Below, in pieces: positions 10,192-22,100 of a DNA stretch of 64,000 nt. The notes under the pieces were generated by a model. It was not told where the DNA came from, did no database searches, and was given only the letters and a program-made list of their open reading frames with translations. The stretch is from a virus. Lineage: Duplodnaviria; Caudoviricetes. The DNA lies in IMG/VR virus record IMGVR_UViG_3300013121_000009, positions 54,426-118,425 of that record; one strand, written 5' to 3'. Made by a program: the position numbers and the translations under genes. Positions within the stretch are counted from its first letter, which is position 1, and each line of letters begins with the position of its first letter.

Positions 10192-13100
10192 TAGCAATTG
10201 TTTTCTTCTGTTAAATCAATTTCAGGTAATCCTTCTGGAGCCGCTAATATACGACTATTTTCTTCATTTTTAGTTTTTAATGCATATAATAATGGAGCTT
10301 CATAATGGAAATCCTTTAAATTCATTAAATATCCTGGAGGGCTTCCAATAATACCTGGAACATTTGGAACAAATTCAAGTTTTACACCAGGTATTTGTGA
10401 CATCCAATTATAGATAGTTCCTGTTTCATAGAATGCTCCAAATTTTTGAAGTACAAAGTTATGGAAAGTTTGGTCTGAAGTACTATTCTTAAGTTCAGCC
10501 TTTACCATTTCTTTCATAGCTTGTAAGGATGGTTCTTGTGTTAACATTGTATGTATTAAACCTAGAGAACCTCTTCTTGTAAGATACTCCTTGAATAATT
10601 GTTTTAATTCTTCATCTGTTCTTGGAATAATTTCTTCTCTACCTGCATACAAAGCAGCGGTTCTTACATTTCCTTGTGTTAATTTAGTAATTTCTGCTCC
10701 AGAAAAATACATAGGTACATCTTTACCAAAAGCTTTAATATGCTCTTGAATAGCTCTTGTAGCCAATGGCATAAAATATTGCTTTTCAAGTTCAAGTCTT
10801 TTATGTTCTTCATAAAGAATACTATTAATATCTTCATTGGCATTCTTAAGATTTTCTTTACTCTGTTCAATTCTCTCATTAGCAACTTTCTCAAAGTATG
10901 CAATTCTAGACTCTATAGAGTTATATTTTTCTACACTTTTGTCATAAGTCTTCTTATCAACTTTATAGAATTCAGTCCGTCCATTTCCAGCATAATATAT
11001 TTCATCATCTTTTTCAAATGCAAATCCTGCTGTACCATCTAGATTTATTGACGAATACTTTTCTTCCAGTGATTTTCCAGATTCGTCTCTAGCTTTTTCA
11101 TAATCTTCTTTAGAAATTTCAGTTGCAACTTCTTTTATTGGGAACATAGGTTGAAGGGAATCTTCTTTTCTAACATATTCATCTAAAGCTTTTTGAGCTT
11201 GAACTGCAACTTGTTCTTTAAGATTAACTTCATTACTTTGGACTACTGCAACAAGTTTTTGAAAAGTTCTTAAATCAACATATTTTAAGAAGTTTTCTTT
11301 AGTCTGTAATAAAGATTGGATTTTATAGTTTCTAACTTGATCCATTTTGAGAGTTGTTAATCTCTTAGTTGGAGCAGCTTGCATTCTTTTTGCTAAAAGA
11401 ATTAACATATATTCTACGTTATCAGATAACATATCAGATAATTCTGTTCCTCCTCTTCTTCTAGGTCTTCTAATAGGTCTTAATGTTAATATTGTATTTT
11501 CATTTCTTTTTTCTGCAACTTCTCCATCCACCATAGTAAGAGTATTGTTTCTATAGAAGTATTCCAAACCTGCATAGTTTTTGTCTACAAAATATTGGAA
11601 CATCTTTTTCTCTATTTTAGCAACTACTGGACTTTGTTCATACATTCTTTTTCTCTGTTCATAAGTTAAATATGGATCATCTTCCCAATCTGAATCCCAG
11701 TTTCTAGAATAATTAATCTTTTGAATTTCTTTACGTAATTCATTCAAATCTTCTTTAGTAAGAATTCTTTTTAAACCACCAGCTTTGAAAAAGTTAAACA
11801 TATCATGTTTTACTTCATATGTCTCATCAATTAATTTAGCAGTTCTAGCAATAGCCATTTCTACTGATTCTCCATAACTTCTTGATAAATCAATTGACTC
11901 CTGAAAGGCAGCTCTTAGAGCTTCGTAAGCTTCTTCAGAACTTCTATATCCACCTAAAGGATGATTTAATTTTTCTTCAATCATTTGATATAAGAAAGAC
12001 TTACTTCTTGATGGTAAAGTTGCATTATAGATGTTAACTTTTGGGGCCTGCGGAGTTAAATTTCCTATATTTTCTTCCTTAATTCTTTCTATTTCTTCTA
12101 TTCTTCTATTTAAGTCAGCTTCAAGGTTAGGAATCTTTGCAGAATCCATTTTCTCTTTATTATCATTTTGTAACTCATGGAATAAAACAGCATCTTTAAC
12201 TTTCGAATCTTTTGAAGAATAAAAATAGGTTAAGTTTACCCAAGAGTTAGGTGCAAGATTAAAGTGACCTCCGCCTTTGAATACAGTATCATTGAATCTT
12301 AAACTTATTTTATTATGATAAATTTCTCTTTTTCCAGCTAATCCTAATTCTGCAATTAATTGGTCTCTTCTTTCAACTGTTATATTTCCAGCTTGTACCT
12401 CTGCTTCAATTTGAGCCATGTCGTAGTTCTTACTTGATACTCTATCTGGAACATTGATAAATGTTTGGTCAACTCTATAGCTTAGATACTTTTGCTCTTT
12501 GGCAAAACCTAATACATAGTTTAATTTTAAGAAATTATGAACTTCATTAACAAACTCTTCACCTGTTATACTTTTCAGAGAAGGATTTTCTTTTTTAATT
12601 AAGTCAATTATTGATTTGTATATATTAAGCTCTTCCTTTTTAACTCCATCTAATTTAAATTCTTGACTTAAAACTATAGGGTGTTTTCTAAATTTCTCTA
12701 AAATCTTAGGAAGACCTCTTAAAGCAGGTGATATCCCATTAATATATTCATTATTTCTTTTGAGGTCTTCTATTTCAGAAGGTGTAAGTTTTCTAGTAAT
12801 TCCTACTGAAGTTCCTTGTTTTACTGTCCATACTTCTGGATACCATTGTGCCCTGAAGTTTTTTGAATCTGCAATATCATAGAATCTTTTTATAGTTTTC
12901 TTTAAGAATTTAGTCTTAAGTTTAAATTGATTATTAAATAAACTATCTAAAAACTTCTTAGAGCTTTCTACTTCTATAACTTTTTTATTAGGATTTACTT
13001 CATCTTCATCTAATACTTCATCTGAGAAATAAACCTTTTTATTTAATTCTCTATATTCTTCTGGAGTCATTAAATCTGTCATATCTCCTGAGAGAATCTT

Positions 13101-16100
13101 CATCGCAGCTACTTCAAAAGGGTCATTTCTTAAAGCTTTGAATCTTGCCAGCAAGTTATTAATCCACTCTACGAATTTCTTTAAGAATGAATAGTCTGCT
13201 GGAGAACCGTGCTTTTCTTGAATTCTATGTATTGCTTCAGCTACAAGTTGTCCTATAGCTTCTTCTTTTAAAGTACTAAAATTATTGTAGTTAAATAACT
13301 CTCCATATTTAGTTTTGATTAATTCTTCAGCTTTTTTAGTAGAAGTTGCTGAATTCCATAATAATCTACTTAAAACTGAGTCTTTTCTTAATAGTCTATA
13401 CCAGAAGTGAGCAGCTTCTTCAGGAAGTTTATTCCAAGCTTCAGGTCTAGTTTCTAAGTTGTCTACAATATCTACTGTCATATCTATAAAGTTAGCAGCA
13501 GCTATAGCATCTCCTACTACAGTTCCATTTTGGTCTATAATATCAGGTACTAATCTTTCAGGGATTCCTAATTCTTGTAAGAAATTAGATACAGCATTCA
13601 GAGTATTAATATGAAACTCCATTTGCGTATCATCCTCAGTATCTAAACCAAAGAGTTGTTCTCTTGGAGTATTCATATCCATCTTGTAACCAGTCTTTAA
13701 GTCTACATTTTCTATATAGATTTCACCTGTTTCCTTACTTACTAAGTCGTAGTACCCATTGGCATTTCTAATCCAAGATGAATTGTGTGGTGCTTTTTTA
13801 TTCTTTCCGAATTCTTTAAGGAAAGATGCAGCAGTGAAGAATTCTCTTGGTTTATCAGGTAATCTATTAAATCTTTCAATATCTACGTCATCAATAATCT
13901 TTTCTCTTCTGAAACCTTTTTCTGGAGCTGTATCTAGAGAATAATCTTTATATCTCATAGATTCTACTCTTGTGAGATTTCCAGATACTTTTCTCTGACC
14001 TTTTCCTCTGAATTTATTATTGTTAGCATAGAATAACTCAGTAAATGAATTTAAAGCATTGGCTTTTTCATTAATTGATAGTTTTTCGTATTCGTTAACA
14101 GCATAGTCTAGTAATCTAGATATAACTTCTGGATTAATAACATCTGTAGAAGAAATAGGAGTTTTATTTAACCCTGACTGGAAGAATGATAAGAAAGCGA
14201 ATTTCTTCATAAATTCTTGAGTGTCAGGATTATTTTCCAATTCTTCAAATTGGTCTATATAGTCATTCTGTAACTGAATATCTTTATTAAAATAAATGAG
14301 GGCTATATTCTTAATCTTATCAGACATTTCTGAATTCTGATTAGATGTAGAAATAACTAGGTTATCAATAATAGAGTACATTTCCTTAAGTTTAGGGTAT
14401 TTACTTTTAAGTTCTCCTAATTCTAAATAAAGTTTAAATAGAAGTTCTTTACCAAAAGCTACTGGATCTGACTCAAATTTACTGAATGAACCAAACTGTG
14501 ACTCAAAGTATTTCATACCTTCATCAGAATTCTTAAGGAAGTTCTGGAAAATAAAATGAACGAAGTCATTCTTGAAAGTTCTTTCATAAGCTTCGTGAAG
14601 TCTTTTAGGTAAATCCGAACCTTTTCGATCTTCCATTTCTTTATAGATTCTATCATTTAGTTGTGGAGAGTTTAGGATTGGAAGGACTTTATTAGCTATT
14701 TCACTTGAGAAATCAGAAGTATCAAATATAGAAACTATTGAATGATTCTTAATCTTATCAAAGTTAATAAGCATACGTTTATCCTGAACAGCCTGGTAAT
14801 CTTTTTCTCTCCTGTAGGCATTAAATGAGCTTTTTGTCATAGCTGTATCAAAGTTTACAGAAGATTGAGCTTCTCTAAAGTCTGATGCTATTCCTTCCAT
14901 AGCTATAAACTGCCATAGATATAAAGCTTGAACTTGAGCTTCATTTTTATTTCCTATAAAGTATTGGTTAGATTTTCCTAAATATTTATTAAGAACTTCG
15001 GACTCTAAAAGTGCACCTGGATTGGTTCCTGCTCTATGTAAAGTTCCTTCCATAGAAATAAATGGAGAAGACTCATCTGTCGGAAGACCTACATATTTTA
15101 AAGCTTCATGAATTGGATTAAATCTTTTAGTAATAGATTTAGATTCTAGTTCTTGTTTAGCTATAACATATTTTTTAATAATTGGTTGATTTAATAAGAA
15201 TACTATATTCTTAATTGGTAAACCCATATGTAATCCCAGGAATAAAACTGGAGCTGTACTTGTTCCAATATTAACATAACCAGATTTTGGATTATTGGCT
15301 ATATCTACATAAAGGTTAATAAGCTGAGAGATAGCTGTAGCTTTTGAAACTCCATTTAATAATTTAGATTTAGCTAGAGAAATATTTCCTTCGCTATCTC
15401 TTAATCCATTAAATAGAATTAGGTTTTTTTCTAAATATTCAGCAGAAATTTTAACATTAGCTTCTGCAAGTAATTTAGTAAATGTATTAGCTTGAGCTGC
15501 TATACCTAGGGAGTCTTTTCCTTGATAAAGTGAGTCTGCTTTATCTTCATTAACAGTAGGAGAGAACATTTTAGTTAGCTTAACATCTGTGTTAACTTTT
15601 TCTGTTTGTTTATCAACAAGTTCTGGGTTATTAATTCTGATTAACCTATCTATTAATTCATCAAATAAATATGTAGAGTTTGGTGTAATTAAATTAAGAA
15701 GATTGTCAGGTCTTAGAATAACTTCTTCAGCTACTCTGATAATTTCATTCTCTAAAGAACCTTTGTAATTAAAGAAATCCCACTCAGCTTTTTGAGCTTT
15801 TTGTCTAAATTCATTTAATTCTTCTGATAAATCAAAAGAATAACCCCAGATTCTTTCATAAAGTTCTGATATTTCAGGGATTTCCTTAACTGCTTTAATT
15901 TTAGTTTTTCTTCCATCTACAGTAAATGTATTTGATACATATTTTTCAAGTTCTTCTTTCTCAAAGTTTTTAGCCTTAATAATTGATGATAAAGTAATTC
16001 TATCGTCAATAGCTTTAAGGATATCCAGCATAGTTATCACTCTATCATTATAGTCTTGTAATAACTTGTTCTTAATATCATAAAATGGAGTTTCTTCAGA

Positions 16101-19100
16101 TAAATCAGTGTACTCATCAAATATAGCTTTTAAGAATGAAGCATTATTCACCTTTAGGAAATTTCTAATTTCTTGAGATATTGTAAACTTCTGATTATCA
16201 GATTCTTTTCTGATAGTTTTCCATTCATCAAATAATTGCATCATCTCTGCATAAATCTTATTCTTTTCCTTGAAGAGTTCATTAAGTTCTATCTCATCAA
16301 TAAGATTTCTTTTTTCTCTTCTATGAACAGCCAAGTCATTTTTTAATTCAGAAATTCTATCAAATATCTTTTGTTTAATCTTAGCTCTTTCAGAGAAAGC
16401 GTAATTAGTAAGAACTCTTTTTTCTTCTTTGATGCGAGTTTTAGCTTTTTTAAGTTCATCCATAGCTTGAAGCATAGGAATTTCAGCTTCGTTCTTAGTT
16501 TGGAACTTCCTAGTAATGTAATTACCTTCATTGTCTATATTAGGCATGAATGTATTCAATTTGTCAATATCAAAGTCAGAACCAGATTTAGCTGTCATCT
16601 CTGTTGGTACTATAATAATGGAACCTGCTCTTTCTGGTAGGAATTCTTTAATTTCCATTACTTCCATAGAGTTATGTTCCTGAGTAGGAATACGATAACC
16701 AACTATAGTTAAAGATTGAGAATCAATTCTTCCTTGAGCTATCAGACTATTAAGTCTTTCCAGAGTACCAATTGGTTCTCCATCAATTTCGCGCTTTAGA
16801 AGTTTCTTGAACTCACCTGAAAGTGCTACTTTAATTTGAGATTTTCTGATAAGAGTATCTCCAGCTTTATAGTAATATGTTCTTAAATCGTTAGTACCAT
16901 TCTCCAGGGATGTAGATTGGGAAGAACCAAATTTCTCCCATCCAGTACTTGAAACCTGAATTTTCATTTCTCCCCTGGTTTTTTGACGTACTAGTCTTTT
17001 GTTTAATACAGCCTGAATAATAGAATCAATTACAGATCTTTGTAGAGAAACATCTAACCTATTTTTGAATTCTCCTGATGGGAGTAACTCAAAAGTTTTT
17101 AAGATATTCTTATTAATAACTTTCTTCTCGATTTCTTTCTTAATAAAGTCGATGAATTTAACTTTATCATGAATATTATAGTTTCCACCTGCATCTTTAG
17201 TAATAGATGCAACCTTAAAGATACTTTCTCTTTCTATATCTGTAAGTTCTTGAATAAGACTTTTATATTTAGTGAAGGCTTCTTTTAGTTCTGGAGTTGT
17301 TTCTCCTTCATCGAATGTATCAAAAAGTAGCTTTCTAAACTGAGTTCCGAATATAAGTCTAGTATCAATCTCTGGAGAGATTTTTACTTGTTCTTTAATA
17401 TTATCAAGAAAGCCTTCTCTAACAGAATAAGTTCCTTTATCCTGTGAATAAGTATCTAGAAGAGAATGAATAGTATGTGGAATTCTAGCTTCTAAATCAA
17501 TGTCATAGAATTGATCAGGTTTCTGAGTTTCAGCTTTATCTCCAGATTTAAATAGAGCATAATCAGCATCTTCTATCACCATTCTCTCCATATGTTTTTC
17601 CCAATTGGTACCAGCAACTGCTTGTGGTATAATTGGAAATACTGAGAACTTGTGAAAACCTATTTCCTGTATAACATCATTTTTAATATTACCAAAGTAC
17701 TGAAGTTTTTGAGGCTGAAAGTAAGATATCTCTTCTTCATTCAATTCGTTCTTAATCAATTGATCTCTTAGTTCCTGTGAAACAGTTTCATTTCTTTGTT
17801 CAAGATTATTAATTTTTCTATTTAGCATATCCCACTGAATAGCTTTCATATAGGCTTCCTGCATTCTATCATCCCATCTTCCTGATAGCATTTGCATTTT
17901 TCTAAAGAAATCTAAAGTAATAGCACCCTGTCCATCTGTTTCATTTACAGAACTATAAGCTTTTATAATAGTATCTCTTACAGCCATAAGCTGTGCTCTT
18001 CTTGAGTCTGAGAGATTTTCTTTTCTTAATTGTACATCCACTAATTCTACGTAGTGTTCTAAATATGCAGATTTTGGCTTAATATCATCAAATACTATAA
18101 ATCGAGTAATTCTTGAAGAAGCTTCTCTTTGAGAAATTTTAGGGAATTCCGCTCCTGTAATCTCCTTAAAGGAAGCTTTCATCAAACCTCTTTGAGTTAC
18201 TTGAGATAAATCTTCAAAATCTTTTAATAGTTGTTCATCTGTAGTTGGAATAGTTCCTGTAGCAGATCCTCCAGCTACACGCTTATGAGGGTCATTATAG
18301 AAGAATGTATTTCCAAATATAAGCTTGGAAGATTCTATATTAAAAGCTATTTGATTAGTAATATATTTTCTTATAAAGTTGTCTTTTTGATTTTCTGTCC
18401 CAGTAACATGTTTCCAGACTCCTTTATCTTTCATATATTTGATATGTTTAGCTACTTCTTTATTTAAGAAGATATTAATGCTAGTATCAATGTCAGCTTG
18501 ATTTTTAGCTATAACTCTATCAATATCATCAATATTCTTAGCTTCTAGAAGAGCTTCTCTTAGTCCTGGAACTTCAGATACTATGTCACGGAAGATACCA
18601 AATTGGTACCCTTCTTCATTTTTAATATTTCCTGAAAGTTTTACAAGTTTAGTTAATTCTGGATTACCATCCCTGTGAGAAACCATAATAGCTAATTCAT
18701 CTCTCAGATATCCTTCCATAGCAAGTTTGAACTCCTGAGAGTTTCTTACTAAAGGGCCTTTAAGACCAAAAGCATAGAACATAGATTTATCACCTAATTG
18801 AATTGTAGGATAAATATTATGATTTACCAGATAATGTGCATCCATAAGAACCTTATCTCCAATATAAAGAGATTTAGTTTTATCACCTTCTGTCTCAGAA
18901 CCTGGATTTCTTTCTGATGCCATACCATTATAGTTATGTATAGCAATAGGTTCAACATCTTTTCTAGAACCATCTCTATTGAAATAGTAAGAAAGAAGTT
19001 GAGAGTTTCTCATATCTAAGAAACCTTTATTATTTAAGAATCCTTTATAGTGTTCAAATCCAGGGATTTGTATAATAGATTGAAGAGAAGGATAGTTTTT

Positions 19101-22100
19101 AGTATCATTTAGAATACCCATAACTGTGTGAATTCTATTCCACATAGTTTGTTCATATTCTGTTTTACCATCAGCATTTCTCACTGAATTAGAAATGTAA
19201 GAATCTTCATATTTATCATATGCTGTAAGTAATCTTGTCACAAATGATTTTACACTTGATGTTCGATCCCATTTTTTCTGGGTATCCCAATTGAAAGTAA
19301 GAGCGTCATCATATCCTATATCTGTTCCTAGAACTTGGTAAATATCCTTAATAGGATTACCACTCTTTCTGGAAGCTTCTCTTTTTAACCATAGAACTAT
19401 GTGTTCTTTTACATATCCCATTTGAGATGCTAGTCCTGACTTATTTAATAATTCAAGAGTAATAGGAATTCCTAGATTTCTATAGAATTCTAGTGCACTA
19501 CCTTTGAAGTTTTCTATCTCATTTATAGTTTTTTCATCATAATTAATTACAGTTTCTCCATCAGCATTATTTGAGATAAATTTAGTAGGTTTAGTAAGTA
19601 AGAATTGAGATCTTAAATTAGCATGGATTTTTTCTTTATTAAGATTAGTAATTGGAGAGTCTTTAAACTCAAGTTCTCCAGCCATTCCATCTTCATCCCA
19701 GTTCTTATCAATAAACATTATTTTAAGAGGTGTTGAAGGTCTTGAAAATGTAGCTAAGAATCTAGCTTTCATATTAAAAGCAGAACTAGAACTACCTGCT
19801 AAAAGTCTATCCATTATTATTTTAATCTCAGGGTATTTTTTAGACAATGCTTCCATAATAGCTAATTGTCCATTAGATCCATATAAATTTTTTACTCCTG
19901 AAAGATTTCTAGTAAGAATACCTATAATCTTTCTAGCATCTATTAATCTTGGAAGACCAAATTCTGGGTCTAAATATCCAGGAATTGATATAGATTCTAT
20001 CATTCTTACAATATTTGGATCTGTATAATCATAAAATGATTGTTCAGAAGCTACGTTATCATTGTAAGAGTCTCTTCCTTTATTTTCAAATTGATTACTT
20101 TCTGGATCTTTATATACAAAAGTTCCATCTTCTTCAATATCAAAATCTTTCGAAATATTCGAAATGGTTTTTGACTGTGCTAGATGTGCATCTTTAACGC
20201 CTTTATTATTATTGTCTCCCCAATTGTCAAGAATTCTTTGTTGATTAGCAATAATAGGGTCTGTTTTAGCTGCTTCTTCACCAATAGCTTCTATTCTTTC
20301 TAGTTTTAAATATTCGATATAGTCTTTTACTAGCCCGTAGAGTGAGTCTAGTTTTTTAATTTTCTTGATATCAAGAGTTGTGTATCCTTTAGAATATAAA
20401 ACTTCAGTTACTATTGCTTCTACTCCATTAATAATTTTAGTATAATCTCGGCTAGAAAAAGCTGGAGATATATCTGAATTTAAATTAGAAAAGTAGATAT
20501 TATCTGTTGAAGGGACTCTTCCTTGAAAATCTCCTTTCTTAAGTGTTTTATATAATGTGTCTAAAGAAACATCCTTAGAGCCAAACAAGCTCTTTAAGAA
20601 AGCCCATATCTTCTCAAATATAGACTTTCTCACTGGATAATCTCCTAGAATTTTGCCTGTTTGGTCGAATTTTGAGAAATCCCTGGCAATGAATTCTTCC
20701 ACTTCAAGATCTGAAGCATTCTTAAGCTTTGATACTTTTTCTCTAGTTTCGTCATAAAGTTTCTTTTTCTCGTCTTTTGTTAAGTAAAGCTGTGAGAAAT
20801 GGTGCCAAGCTTCATGGAATAAGTCAGCTCTAGTAGCACCTTTATATAAGGTAATGGCTGATGCTGACCAAGTTGCCCATGCACTTGAGTTAACTATTTC
20901 TGCTAAATTTTGTACGTTTACATCTCCAAAGATACGTTTAACTTCTTCAATATCTGTATTTGTTACCTTTAAGGAAGGTACTGGAACTTGCTTTTTGCTA
21001 GATTCTAGCTTAGTTCCTTTGATTTTATCCTGGAGAGCTTTTTTTCTTTTTGATACTTCTGATTTATCTGGAATAATGTTTTCTTTCTCTGTAAGAGTAG
21101 AATTATCTGTAGAAATAACTAGAGACTCTGAAGTAGGTTCTTGAATTTCCTCTTGTTTTATAATAGATTTATTAGATATTTTAGGTTCTAATAATTGTAA
21201 TTCTTTTTCTAATTCATTGAGTCTATTTTTTAACTCCAGAATATCTTCTTCAGTAATTTCTTCACCTTTTTCTTTCTTAGTTCTAATTCTAGCTACAAGT
21301 AAATATAATCCTGCTAGTGCTTGTGAACTACTTCCTAAAATATTACTCAACGCTTTTTTAAGACTTGCAATTCTATCATCCAAAGTCTTAATAACTATTT
21401 CTGGAGATTTATTATTTAACCAATCAGCATAGGTTTTTACATTTTCAGCAGAAAAATAATTTCTTAAATATTCTGAATAACTTTCAATTGAGCCTACTTC
21501 TGGTAAAATATAGAAAGATACATCATCTGTTAACTGATTTTCAATTGAAGAAAATATTTCTTTATTAATTCCCATACATCCCATTGAAGCAGCATTATTA
21601 GTAGGATCTGAATCTCTTAATAATTGTTCTCTTACTTTTAAATTAGCATGAAATCCTATATATGAAGTCTCTCCTGTATTTTCTCTATAAACCCCCGTTC
21701 CTTGTAATACCCATTTATACTTAGCTCCATAATCTTTATCTTCAGCTTTTTTGGCTTGATATACTCCTGCTGGAGTAATTTTTAACTTAGCTATTTCATA
21801 TTCTTCTTGAGAATATCCTATTTTAGCTAATTCATCTGATTTTCTAATATCTCCTTTATTTTTTCCTATAACGATATCTCCAGAATAAACTATTCTTCCA
21901 TCAGCTTTAAATATAGTTACATTTCTTTGTTTTTTATTTACTACTACATAATCTCTGTCTCCATATTTTTGTTTATGGAGTTTATTAAGATTATCAAAAT
22001 TTAAAGTCTCATTAGTTATTATTTCTATAGTTTGAGCATTGTTGAAATTTGCTGTTTGTATAGAAACAGCACTTACACTTGAAAAAGATATAGCTCCTAT

